DNA from: an uncultured Planctomycetaceae bacterium
Lineage (GTDB): Bacteria; Planctomycetota; Planctomycetia; Planctomycetales; Planctomycetaceae
DNA length: 64,000 bases
NCBI GenBank assembly: GCA_963976765.1
Contig: CAXBME010000026.1
Location: 1 to 64,000, forward strand
Direction: 5' to 3'
This document shows, one piece after another, positions 37,848-47,707 of this stretch. Both the position numbers and the translations under genes were made by a program. The stretch's first letter is position 1, and the number at the start of each line of letters is the position of its first letter. The notes beneath the pieces are model-generated. The model was not told the origin of the DNA and ran no database searches. It saw only the letters and a program-made list of their open reading frames with translations.

Positions 37848-39557
37848 TCAGGAGACGCTTTCAGACGCGGCAACCGGGGCGGTAGACCGCTTGACATGCA
37901 CGAACAAAGCAAGAAGCACAAGACCGGCAACGCCGCCGACTCCGTAGTAACCGGACTTTGACCAGATCGACCAACCAGCTCCGATGGTGGCCAGCCCACA
38001 GGCGATCCCCATCAGAACGTTCCAGATGATTCGACTCGTCCCCTTTGGCAGGTCATCACCGAGCACGGCTTTATTGTTCATCAGCAGAAAAAACGTGAAG
38101 TAGGCAATCGGCAGTAAAGCCATGCCGAAAACGCTTGTCGGAACAGCCAGCCAGAACGCGACCTTGCCAGACCAGACGAAAGGTCCGAGAACACCGATGG
38201 CTGGCAACAGGCAACCAATACGATGGTACATTCCGGTCTGAGGAAAACCGAAGACTTCGCAGAAGGTGAAGCCGGAGATCAGCATCAGGATGGTGATCGT
38301 TGACAGCGCCATCGCCAGAACGCCGAAGCCAAACACAATGTTTGCGACAAAGGTGCCGGTCAAAGGCGCCAGGGCTTTCGCGAGATGTTTGGCATCACGT
38401 TTGACGAGCATCGCGGCGATTCGTTTGTCGCCTTCAGACAATTTGCCGAAGAACTCTTTCGCCTTACTGGTCCTGGCATCGCCTTCGAGGCCAGCCAGTT
38501 CACCTGGATATTCTGCAGCAACCCGGTCAATCAGCATGCCTTCATACTGACCGAGCTGTCCTTTGTCTGCTTCGACGACCTGCCCATCAGCACCGGTTTC
38601 ACCCAGCAGACCCGGAGCTGGCTGTGCGTGGAAGCTGTTTGCCGAAGCGATGACAACGCAGCCTGTCGCAACGAGAAACGGGATCGCCATTCCAGTTGAA
38701 AGGTCGAATAAGGACAGTCCCCGGAACGCTCGGTCCCAGCCTTTTTTCAGGAGCGAGTACGGAAACAGGAACGTCATATTGATGCCGACGGCTGTCGCGA
38801 CGGCGGTAATCATGATATCGCGCTGCATGCTCACGATCCGGTTTGACCAGAACGAGCTGAATTCACCCGTTGCGGCCAGAGCGTCGTTGAAGGTCGGAGC
38901 CGGTTTACTCATCAGACTCAGGTCGGGTATCAGGCCACCGAAAATGGCTCCGATCTCCAACTGTCCGGAGGTCATCAGCTTGATGACGACACCAAAGAAG
39001 CTCAGCACGATCAGGGCAACAAGGACTCGCAGCGAGTTCTCGTAGATCTTCAGCCCCTTCCCGCCGCTGTCGTAGATCATTGTGATTCCGATGGCGATGC
39101 ACAGGATGACTCCGCAAATTAACGCCGTCTGACCTTCCAGTGACGGGGCCAGATTCTGCTGAACAGCCGCGTTGGCCAGACTGAACTGCGGCAGGCACCA
39201 GACAATGTTCGCGGCCAGCGTCGCGAGCGCCCAAGCCCAGCCGAGGACCGGGTTGACGTGTTTGTTGATCAGACCGAAGGGACGTTCGCCAGTCGAAAGC
39301 GCGACGTAACCGATGGCACCGAGCATGACGACGCCAAATACCATTGCCATAACCTGCAGCCATAGCAGGCTGTACCCGCCGACCATTCCGAGAAACAGGC
39401 TGCCCGCCAGCGAGCCGCCGCCGAGTGTGATGGCTGACTGCAGCCAGCCAGGACCGGACAGTTTCACCCAGACAGACAGTTTCGCGCCGCCGCCCTTTGC
39501 CTCGGCGTCAAGCAGCATCGTACGTTCCCGTTCCACTCCGGAAGTCTCAGCAGACAT
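37848..39557 (-). CDS. NRAMP/MntH-like (APC-fold) membrane transporter, non-canonical motifs
   Basis: SGPGWLQSAITLGGGS, GYSLLW, about 11-12 TM segments and TAVGINMTF. Confidence 0.78.
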   Translation of the reverse strand: MSAETSGVERERTMLLDAEAKGGGAKLSVWVKLSGPGWLQSAITLGGGSLAGSLFLGMVGGYSLLWLQVMAMVFGVVMLGAIGYVALSTGERPFGLINKHVNPVLGWAWALATLAANIVWCLPQFSLANAAVQQNLAPSLEGQTALICGVILCIAIGITMIYDSGGKGLKIYENSLRVLVALIVLSFFGVVIKLMTSGQLEIGAIFGGLIPDLSLMSKPAPTFNDALAATGEFSSFWSNRIVSMQRDIMITAVATAVGINMTFLFPYSLLKKGWDRAFRGLSLFDLSTGMAIPFLVATGCVVIASANSFHAQPAPGLLGETGADGQVVEADKGQLGQYEGMLIDRVAAEYPGELAGLEGDARTSKAKEFFGKLSEGDKRIAAMLVKRDAKHLAKALAPLTGTFVANIVFGFGVLAMALSTITILMLISGFTFCEVFGFPQTGMYHRIGCLLPAIGVLGPFVWSGKVAFWLAVPTSVFGMALLPIAYFTFFLLMNNKAVLGDDLPKGTSRIIWNVLMGIACGLATIGAGWSIWSKSGYYGVGGVAGLVLLALFVHVKRSTAPVAASESVS

Positions 39558-39678
39558 CTATCACTCCAGCGGTTCATCAATGCAGGTGGGAGCCTGGGCG
39601 GCTCTAAAAGTTGAGTCGGCGAGCGTATCCGACCCCAGAAAACAGCACAACTGACGGGAGCAATGCCAGCCGGCTCCG

Positions 39679-40068
39679 TCACTTCCACGAATCGCGGTCC
39701 GGTCGGTCTGTCCCTCGCCCCTTCAGAACTTTGCCGAGAATTGCCAGTGCAATCAGAATCGGCACGAAAAATATCAGTACACGAGGTCGGGCAGCGACAG
39801 CCACGATCCCACCCACGACTCCGATCAGTGTTCGAGGCGAGACATTCGCCCAGGCGGCCGGACGATTCTTCGTCGGAAGTGCCAGCCAGATCGCTCCAGT
39901 CATCAAGCCGGCTCTCATAAACCCGGCCACCCACATGTCGTTCGAATCGGGAATTTGCCACAGCACGCCAGCGATCACGATGCAGCCCACGGCAATCACG
40001 CCGACAAGCGGTCGATTGACTTCGATCTTCGTTGAATCTGAATTCGGAGCAGGCTGCTGAGTCGACAT
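39679..40068 (-). CDS. hypothetical membrane protein
   Basis: 129 aa with 3-4 hydrophobic segments (RAGLMTGAIWLALP), co-oriented upstream of the transporter. Confidence 0.75.
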   Translation of the reverse strand: MSTQQPAPNSDSTKIEVNRPLVGVIAVGCIVIAGVLWQIPDSNDMWVAGFMRAGLMTGAIWLALPTKNRPAAWANVSPRTLIGVVGGIVAVAARPRVLIFFVPILIALAILGKVLKGRGTDRPDRDSWK

Positions 40069-40362
40069 GCCTCGATTATGCCGCGACCTGCTAGAGTCAC
40101 GCCACCGTTCAGCAAAGTTCGAAGAATATCACGTTGCTGGAATGATGATGCGTGAACTGACGACATTCGGACGATTGATGGCGGTGCGAGAGTGCTAATA
40201 ATCTCTGTCGACGCCTCGCTGTGGATGAATTGCGAACCGATCAGTCCCCTGAACCCCGGCGTTGTGGCAACAGGACGCTACTCAAACCAATACGCGACAC
40301 ACTTGAATGGTTCAACTCGACGGGACAGACCGTGAATTCTCGAGAGAATTGAAGGCTGATTA

Positions 40363-43300
40363 ATGACACCGAAACCTGATGAGATGCACGACGACGAAAC
40401 GGGAACATTTCAGCATTCAAAGCCGGATCATCTGGGGCAGCAGGATGACGACCTGAGTGGCGAAGTCACAGAACTACGTCCTGCACCAGATGCCCAACCT
40501 CGTGAGAGATCTGAAGAAGCCCCTGAGCCCGCGGCGACGGTTGGTGACACAGTGTTGACTCCCGATCCGGGTGCCACGATGGACTCTGTCTGTGAATCAT
40601 TCGACGCCGAAACGGTTGTGACTCCGGAATCTGCCGGCGGCGATCTTGATGCGACGATCGTGCCGAGTGCTGATGCTTCGATGACAATCATCAGTGCGTT
40701 GGGAGCGTCGCTGGAAGATGATGTGGAGCCTGGTCACACGATCAAGGCTCCGGCGTCTGCCGCTGCTCGCCGAGGTTCTGCCTTTCAGCCAACGATTACG
40801 TTGAAGCGACGGAACGTTTCGCAGCAGGAGTCGGGCGACAGCACGTCTGATGCGACTGTCAATGTCGATGCCGACTACCAGATTGAAGAACTGCTTGGCG
40901 AAGGCGGGATGGGTGCGGTGTACGCGGCTCGTCAGAAGTCGATGGATCGTCCGGTGGCGATCAAAGTGCTGAAGTCTCGCGCGGCACGTCTTGAAAGCGG
41001 TCAGGACGCTTTCGTTTCTGAAGCGATCATTACAGGGCGACTCGATCATCCGAACATCGTGCCGATTTACGATGTGGGCAAGCAGCCGAATGACGCTCTG
41101 TTCTACGCGATGAAACAGGTGGAAGGCGTCGAGTGGAAAGAACGCTTTGCCACGAACACGGCGTCGGAGAATCTCGACATCCTGCTGCGCGTTGCCGATG
41201 CGATTGCGTTTGCTCACGCGCGAGGGATCATCCATCGCGACCTGAAACCGGCCAACATCATGCTGGGGCCGTTCGGTGAAGTTCTGGTGATGGACTGGGG
41301 GCTGGCAATGCCGACCGAAGACCATCCCAGCCGCGAAACGTTTCCTGAGGCGCGAGCGGGTGGCACGCCGCATTACATGGCACCGGAGATGGCTGACGGG
41401 ACTGAGCGTGTAGATCGTCGCAGCGATGTCTATCTGATGGGGGCGATGCTGTTTGAGATCGTGACGGGCAAGCCACCCCACGCACTCGATTTGCCGGAGG
41501 GACCTCGACGGGAACGAGTGCTGGCCGTTCTGGACGCCGTCGCGAACAACGTGATTGCTCCGACCGATAAAACTGGGGAACTACTCGATATCGCGAGGAA
41601 AGCGATCGCAACGGAACCAGCAGATCGATACCAGACCGTGCCTGAGTTCCAGGCAGCACTGCGCGAGTACCTTTCGCATGAAGAGAGTATCGAACTCGCT
41701 GACCGCGCTGCCGCACGGTTGGCGGCAGGCAGACAGAGTGGCGAGTACACGGAGTTCAGTCGGGCTCGGTTTGGATTCGAAACGGCACTGGAAGAATGGC
41801 CGCAGAACGTACGAGCGGCTGAAGGCTTGCAGGCAACGCGGTTTGATTATTCGAGGACGGCGTTTGATCGAGGCGACCTTGACCTGGCGCTGTCATTGAT
41901 CGACGAGTCGGATTCCAAACAGAACGAACTGGGCACATCAATTCGGCAGGCGATCGTGGATCGCGACGCCAGGCAACAGCAACTCCGCAGGCTGCGACGC
42001 ATCAGTCTTGCCGCAAGTCTGACCGTCGCCGTCGTCGCCATCGGCGCCGCAGTGTGGATCAACTCCGAACGAAGCAAAGCGCTGGTTGCTCAACAGGAAG
42101 AAGCGGCTCAGCGGGAACTTGCCGAACGAAGTGAGCAGGAAGCTCTACAACAACGGCAGGTCGCCGAATCCGAACGAAGCAAAGCGGAAGATGAGCGGCA
42201 AAGGGCCATTATCGCGCAGATGGCTGCTGAAGAGAGTGAACAGAAAGCGACAGCCGCCGAGGCTGAGGCAATTCGAGAAGCCAACAACGCAAGGCGAAAC
42301 CTCAGGATTGCGGAACAAAACGGTTACTACTCGGACATGCTGCTACTCAATCAGTCCTGGGCCGAAGCGAATAGTGGCCAGTTCAAGAGTTTGCTGGACC
42401 AGTACCGTGATCGTGAGGATCTCCGTGGGTTCGAGTGGGCTTACTGGGAACGACTTGCTCAAACAGAGTTACTGTCACTCGCAGCAACACGAGCATATTC
42501 CCGCGGAGTTGAGTTCAGTTCGGACGGGAATCTGTTGGCTTTCGTGGGGCCAGACAGAACTGTGAAAATATTGGACATGGCGACTGGGCAGGAGCTCCTC
42601 TCCTTAACCGGGCACACCAGCAGTATTGTGAATCTGTCGTTCAACCCGGATGGAAAGCGGCTGGCATCCGCGAGCGACGACAAAACAATCAAGGTCTGGG
42701 ACATCGTCAAGGGGAAGGAAGTGTTTACCCTCAAGGGACACTCGGCTCAGGTACGGGATGTGTCATACAGCCCCGATGGGGCACAATTCGCGTCAGCGAG
42801 CGGCGACGAGACAATAAAAATATGGGACGCGGTGACGGGGGAAAATACACGTACGCTGACAGGGCATCGCGGTACCGTCCACTGCGCGGCTTTCAGTCCC
42901 GACGGAACTCGGCTGGCCTCGTCGGGTGAAGACAACACCTTGAGAGTTTGGGACATTTCAACAGGCCAGGAAACACTTAACTTGAAATACGGAGATGGCG
43001 CCCATAACGCTGTCTCGTTCAGCCCGGACGGAGCTCTGCTGGCGGCGACGTTTAACAATGAAATCCTGATACTGGATTCCGTGACGGGACAAGAGATTCG
43101 CAGAATGAGCGGGCATAGTTCCAATATTTTCGATGTATCTTTCGGTTCCGACGGAAAACGATTGGCCTCGGCAAGTTTCGACAGGACAGTCAAAGTGTGG
43201 GATTCAGCCACCGGGCAGCAAACTTTGACAATTAAAGGGCACAAGGGGCCAGTGGTCGGAACGTCGTTCAGTCCGGATGGAACGCGACTGGCCACAGCCA

Positions 43301-44409
43301 GTACGGACGGTACTGTCAAAGTGTGGGCTGCGGTCGATTCCCCCGACGCTCTTGTGCTTAATGCACGCAGATTGGTTTCTCGGTGCGCCTCTTTCAGTCC
43401 GGATGGAAAGTTGCTGGCAGTGAGCGACTGGAACGATTCGGTGAGAGTTTGGGATACGGCTGCGGGACAAAACATTTCAACCGTCGGAAACGTTGGCCAC
43501 GTCAGGTGCCTGTCATTCAGCCCGGACGGCAGGCTGCTCGCCTGTGGTGGGGACGATAATCTCGTGACGATTCGCGATGCGGCCACATTGAAGGTGAAGC
43601 TGCAACTCAAAGCCCACACCAGCCCAGTGACAGGTGTTTCATACAGTCCGGACGGAACGAAGTTGGTTTCTGCCAGCCGCGACAAAACATTGAAGCTCTG
43701 GGACGCGACCACTGGGCAAGAATTACGCACACTTTCAGGGCACGCCGCCGACGTAATTGATGTGGCGTTCAGCGCCGACGGGACGCGACTGGCGTCGGCA
43801 AGTATTGATAAAACCGTAAGGGTATGGGACGCCAATACGGGAAAAGAATCGCTTAAATTTACTGGACACACTGGCTATGTCTTCACAGTTTCGTTCGGTC
43901 CAGAAGGGACGCAGCTGGCTTCGGCGGATAACGAGGGCCGAATGATCCTCTGGGACGTGATCTCGGGAGAAATTCATCAGATATTCACGGGGCATAATAA
44001 CAGGATCGAATCGGCCGCATTCAGTCCTGACAGGAGAAGGCTGGCGTCAGCGAGTGACGACGGGACGGCGAAAGTGTGGGACGTGACGACAGGAAAAGAG
44101 ACACTGACCCTGAAAGTGATCAACGAAAGAGTGAAGGACATTTCGTTCAGTCCGGACGGGACAAGACTCGTGACCGTTGATACATCAAAAGAAACTGGTG
44201 TTAAAATCTGGGACACACGACCGTGGACGCCAATCCTGCGAAACCAGGCACAGGCCCGCAGCTACCTGAAGATCATGCGAGATCGCCTGCAGTCGCTTGA
44301 AGAACTGCAGACCTATATCCGTGATGACAAAACAATCAGCGAAGAAGTCCGCCAGCAATGCCTCGACTGGGCAGAACTGTTCTGGAAGAACCGCAGCTCG
44401 CCAGAATGA
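40363..44409 (+). CDS. Ser/Thr protein kinase with TM/coiled-coil linker and 14 WD40 repeats
   Basis: LGEGGMG, VAIK, HRDLKPANI, DWGLA, GTPHYMAPE and SDVY, then 14 FSPDG-type repeats, enough for two 7-bladed propellers. Confidence 0.95.
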   Translation: MTPKPDEMHDDETGTFQHSKPDHLGQQDDDLSGEVTELRPAPDAQPRERSEEAPEPAATVGDTVLTPDPGATMDSVCESFDAETVVTPESAGGDLDATIVPSADASMTIISALGASLEDDVEPGHTIKAPASAAARRGSAFQPTITLKRRNVSQQESGDSTSDATVNVDADYQIEELLGEGGMGAVYAARQKSMDRPVAIKVLKSRAARLESGQDAFVSEAIITGRLDHPNIVPIYDVGKQPNDALFYAMKQVEGVEWKERFATNTASENLDILLRVADAIAFAHARGIIHRDLKPANIMLGPFGEVLVMDWGLAMPTEDHPSRETFPEARAGGTPHYMAPEMADGTERVDRRSDVYLMGAMLFEIVTGKPPHALDLPEGPRRERVLAVLDAVANNVIAPTDKTGELLDIARKAIATEPADRYQTVPEFQAALREYLSHEESIELADRAAARLAAGRQSGEYTEFSRARFGFETALEEWPQNVRAAEGLQATRFDYSRTAFDRGDLDLALSLIDESDSKQNELGTSIRQAIVDRDARQQQLRRLRRISLAASLTVAVVAIGAAVWINSERSKALVAQQEEAAQRELAERSEQEALQQRQVAESERSKAEDERQRAIIAQMAAEESEQKATAAEAEAIREANNARRNLRIAEQNGYYSDMLLLNQSWAEANSGQFKSLLDQYRDREDLRGFEWAYWERLAQTELLSLAATRAYSRGVEFSSDGNLLAFVGPDRTVKILDMATGQELLSLTGHTSSIVNLSFNPDGKRLASASDDKTIKVWDIVKGKEVFTLKGHSAQVRDVSYSPDGAQFASASGDETIKIWDAVTGENTRTLTGHRGTVHCAAFSPDGTRLASSGEDNTLRVWDISTGQETLNLKYGDGAHNAVSFSPDGALLAATFNNEILILDSVTGQEIRRMSGHSSNIFDVSFGSDGKRLASASFDRTVKVWDSATGQQTLTIKGHKGPVVGTSFSPDGTRLATASTDGTVKVWAAVDSPDALVLNARRLVSRCASFSPDGKLLAVSDWNDSVRVWDTAAGQNISTVGNVGHVRCLSFSPDGRLLACGGDDNLVTIRDAATLKVKLQLKAHTSPVTGVSYSPDGTKLVSASRDKTLKLWDATTGQELRTLSGHAADVIDVAFSADGTRLASASIDKTVRVWDANTGKESLKFTGHTGYVFTVSFGPEGTQLASADNEGRMILWDVISGEIHQIFTGHNNRIESAAFSPDRRRLASASDDGTAKVWDVTTGKETLTLKVINERVKDISFSPDGTRLVTVDTSKETGVKIWDTRPWTPILRNQAQARSYLKIMRDRLQSLEELQTYIRDDKTISEEVRQQCLDWAELFWKNRSSPE

Positions 44410-44445
44410 TTGAGGTGCTGCTGTCCGTCAGAATCAGATTTCGGT

Positions 44446-45351
44446 CTACCAGCGGTCTTCGCGGAGGTTTTCCGGGTGGAGTTCGGCGAATTCTTCGAGC
44501 AGCTCGCGCGAGCGATCGTCCAGAGACTTTGGCACCACGATCTGCAGGATCGCGTACAGGTCGCCAGGTTCGTTCGTCCTGCGGTTGATAATGCCTTTGC
44601 CTCGAAGCCTGAGTCTTGTTCCACTGGCCGAACCGGCTGGAACAGTTACCGTGACCAGACCTTCGCTGAGTGTCGGCACGTCAACTTTGGCGCCGAGTGC
44701 GGCTTCCGTTAGAGAAATCGGAACGTCGACCAGCAGGTTGGCGCCGTCCCGTCGGAAGTACGGGTGAGGAGCGACTCGAATTTTGACCATCAGGTCGCCG
44801 TTGGGCCCTCCGCCCATCCCGGGATGCCCCTGCCCCGAAAGTCGGATCACGCTGCCGCTGTCGACGCCTGCCGGAATACGCGCCGTGATCTGCTCAGGCT
44901 TGCCCGTTGTGTTGATGGTCAGGCTGTAGCTGCCGCCTTCCGCCGCCGTCGTGAATGGGACGTCGATCGTTGTCTCGACATCCTGCCCTTTTCTCGCGCG
45001 AGCGGCGCGGCGGCCTCCACCACCGCCGAAGAGATCCCCGAAATCAAAACCGCCACCCCCGCCGCCAAATAGATCACCAAGGTCGACTGGTCCCCCGCCG
45101 AAGGGGGATCCGCCGCCTCGACCGCCCCCCTGGAAAGCAGCATGTCCGAACCGGTCGTACTTCTGCCGCTTCTCCGAGTCGCTCAGGACGGAATACGCTT
45201 CCTGGACTTTCTTGAATTTCTCAGCCGCCGCCTTGTCGTTCGGTTTGCTGTCGGGGTGATTTTCACGAGAAAGCTTTCGATAGGCTTTCTTGATGTCGGC
45301 ATCGGATGAATTCCGCGAAACGCCCAGCACCTGATAAAAGTCTTCAGCCAT
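44446..45351 (-). CDS. DnaJ-class (CbpA-like, no zinc finger) co-chaperone
   Basis: J domain with HPD, a G/F-rich region and a C-terminal domain (IPAGV, GDL, EAALG). No CxxCxGxG repeats. Confidence 0.93.
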   Translation of the reverse strand: MAEDFYQVLGVSRNSSDADIKKAYRKLSRENHPDSKPNDKAAAEKFKKVQEAYSVLSDSEKRQKYDRFGHAAFQGGGRGGGSPFGGGPVDLGDLFGGGGGGFDFGDLFGGGGGRRAARARKGQDVETTIDVPFTTAAEGGSYSLTINTTGKPEQITARIPAGVDSGSVIRLSGQGHPGMGGGPNGDLMVKIRVAPHPYFRRDGANLLVDVPISLTEAALGAKVDVPTLSEGLVTVTVPAGSASGTRLRLRGKGIINRRTNEPGDLYAILQIVVPKSLDDRSRELLEEFAELHPENLREDRW

Positions 45352-45388
45352 TTAACAAACTCGCAGGTAGATCAAAGAAAGCCGTTTC

Positions 45389-45644
45389 TCACGCGAAGTC
45401 GCTAAGTTTTGCAATTTTCTGATTTGAATTACTGGGACGATCGTTGGAACCGCGGCCCGAAAGTTGTCCTGCATCTGATTCTCAGGATCGTGTTCAAAAC
45501 AACTTCGCCAATTTCAACCAAGAGACACGGAGTTCGAAAGGAGAGTTTTCCTCTGTGTCCCGGTGTCCCTGTCGTTAGATTCTTCTGATGATTTCGGGGA
45601 GTTAATTCGGGGGGATTCCTTGGCATCTTCGCGACTTAGCGTGA
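45389..45644. repeat. MITE-like element with nested inverted repeats
   Basis: Outer arms TCACGCGAAGTCGCTAAG and CTTCGCGACTTAGCGTGA (16/18). A degenerate inner pair AACCAAGAGACACGGAG and CTCTGTGTCCCGGTGTCCCTGTCGTT lies at about 45516-45576. Confidence 0.6.
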
Positions 45645-45746
45645 AACAAACAGCCTGGGTCGGCATCCCGTGGCGGAAGTCTAGCCACTTTTGAGTTCAA
45701 TCGTAGGATGGAACAGGATCGGGCAGCAGCGAGTTGGCCGGGCAAT

Positions 45747-47366
45747 CTATTCACTGGTCGCGGCCCAGCGGACGGCGTTTGTCAGGAGCTTGCGGAATTC
45801 CGGCTGAGCAAAGTCATCGACGTGGCCGAGTGACGTGTAAAACGCCTTTCCGCCAAATTTCGTTCGGTTCGCCCAGGCGATCGTTTCCGGAGTCTTTTCA
45901 GGGATCGTGCCGATCAGCAGCGGCGTTGTTGAGTCAGCCAGCGGGTTGACGATGTACAGCGAACCTTTGCCTTTGATCGAGGCGGCATCGACACCCTTCA
46001 GTATTTCGTGCGACGCGGCGTTACCCGCCATCGTGATGGCAACTTCGGGGCCACGTCCGTAGTGATTGGTGTAGCTGCCGCCGAAAATGTCCGCGTCCCA
46101 GGCCTCCCAGGATTCGAAGCCGTCTGGTGGAGCCTGTTTTCTGAGCAGCAACGCGTGATTGGCTGTCCGAATTCCGACGATCGGTTTGCCACTTTCGAGG
46201 TAATTCCGAATGACTGACATCTGAGCTGGCGGCAACACTCGGCGCCGCACACTCAGCAGCAGGACGTCGGCGTCGTTCAACACGTCGATGCCCGGCAGAT
46301 CGTTCCGCTCCTTCTCGTTGGCAAAAACGAAGCTGACTTTGAACTCCTTGCCAAGATGATCCAGCGCGAACGGCGGCAGCGTTTCGTTAGTACGATATTC
46401 CTGCTCGGCAATCACGATCGCGACATGCGGTCGCGAGTCGTTCTTAAAACGAAACGGCTTGCCGCCCAGAATCTGATCGCTGGCAATCGTCGGGCAGACC
46501 CACTTTTCGATGTGCTCAACGATGAGATCCGTGCCGGTAAAGTGGCTGACAAACGGACTCATTTTCGGGTTGTACATCGTGTCTGTCATGTCGCGCATCA
46601 GAACGACGTTTTTTCCGTTCTTCGCCATCTGCCTCAGCCCAAACGGACGACCGAGCACGCACATGTTGGTGTGGACGCCCAGCAGGATGACGTTCCTGCA
46701 GCCCTGGCGTTCGAGGATGCTCCAGATTTCTTCACCGTTGTCGCTGATGAAGTCGCGTTCGGCGTCGATCTCCAGCGCGTCCATCTGAGCTTTCCAGGGC
46801 GCCTTTGGGTTTCTTCCCATCGCAGCCAGCTTTTTCGCCCATTCCGCGTGCTCATCCGGATCGTCATCCTCGCCGCCGTCGGTCTGGTCAATCGGGTACT
46901 TACCCTGTTCTTCTTCGGGAATTTTGTAGCACCACTTGCCGATTTCGAGTGGCAAATTCTTGACCCGCTTGACGGCCTGCGCTCTTTTTCGAGCAGCGTG
47001 GTCAGCGTACGTCGCCATGCAACTGCTGGGGGCATGAATGATCGTCGCGCCTCGTTCGCGAGCGTTCTTCAGTACTTCGTTCATGCGAGGAGCTATCTCA
47101 GTTCCTCGCCGCACAGCGTTGAGACAATGATGGTAGTCCCACATGTCGCAGACGATGATCGCGGTCTGATTCGCGTTCCAGGTTTCAGCTTGAGTGACCG
47201 TGTGAAAACGACCGCTTCCCTCAGCAGTTTCTGTCCGGCTGCGAAGGTGAAGCTTCAACGCCTCACCGTCAGCAGCGTCCGAGTGATTTGCTGGAGCGAA
47301 CGCAAAAAGCGACACCGCAGAAACGGCCAACCGCAGCGCGATGGAACATTGAACTGACTCTTGCAT
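45747..47366 (-). CDS. isochorismatase/cysteine-hydrolase domain fused to a ThuA-like domain
   Basis: AIIVCDMWD, IIHAPS and GVHTNMCVLGRPFG, then GKPIVGIRTA.H and FYTSLGH. Signal-like N-terminus. The start is uncertain. Confidence 0.85.
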   Translation of the reverse strand: MQESVQCSIALRLAVSAVSLFAFAPANHSDAADGEALKLHLRSRTETAEGSGRFHTVTQAETWNANQTAIIVCDMWDYHHCLNAVRRGTEIAPRMNEVLKNARERGATIIHAPSSCMATYADHAARKRAQAVKRVKNLPLEIGKWCYKIPEEEQGKYPIDQTDGGEDDDPDEHAEWAKKLAAMGRNPKAPWKAQMDALEIDAERDFISDNGEEIWSILERQGCRNVILLGVHTNMCVLGRPFGLRQMAKNGKNVVLMRDMTDTMYNPKMSPFVSHFTGTDLIVEHIEKWVCPTIASDQILGGKPFRFKNDSRPHVAIVIAEQEYRTNETLPPFALDHLGKEFKVSFVFANEKERNDLPGIDVLNDADVLLLSVRRRVLPPAQMSVIRNYLESGKPIVGIRTANHALLLRKQAPPDGFESWEAWDADIFGGSYTNHYGRGPEVAITMAGNAASHEILKGVDAASIKGKGSLYIVNPLADSTTPLLIGTIPEKTPETIAWANRTKFGGKAFYTSLGHVDDFAQPEFRKLLTNAVRWAATSE

Positions 47367-47521
47367 TGTCGACGCCCTTGCCTGAACAGAATTTTGAAGT
47401 GGGCATTGTCGTTTCGCAGCGGCTCGATCGGCAAGGAAGCGGCAACTGTCTGAATTCGTGACTGGTCGAGCATTGCCGATCCACTTCTCAGATTTATTCA
47501 CCCATTCCCTGGCAGAATTCA

Positions 47522-47659
47522 TCTGACGCAAAGCCGCAGAGCCGCTAAGTTTCGCAATGAAACTCCACGATGTGTCGACGGTGCTGAATGGTTCAAATTT
47601 TCAGATCGCCTCCCTGACGCACTCAGTTCGTTGCGTTTTCTATGCGGCTTTGCGTCAGA
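47522..47659. repeat. MITE-like element with 20-bp terminal inverted repeats
   Basis: TCTGACGCAAAGCCGCAGAG and CTATGCGGCTTTGCGTCAGA (19/20) enclose about 100 bp between divergent genes. Confidence 0.75.
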
Positions 47660-47707
47660 CTTCAGAGATTCAGTAACTCTTCCTCTGAGCCAACTTGAGA
47701 TTCATCA

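Noticed and set aside
40171..40198. CIRCE (HrcA operator) candidate GAGTGCTAA
   Set aside because: Only the right half-site is present. The position 9 nt upstream reads CGATTGATG rather than TTAGCACTC, and no chaperone gene follows.
42747..43871. 374-aa antisense ORF with repeated ASRVPSGL
   Set aside because: It is the mirror frame of the WD40 repeats in the kinase gene.
40363..44409. Diversity-generating retroelement or other reverse-transcriptase-driven diversification
   Set aside because: The window has no reverse transcriptase ORF, and no template/variable repeat pair differing at adenines was seen.
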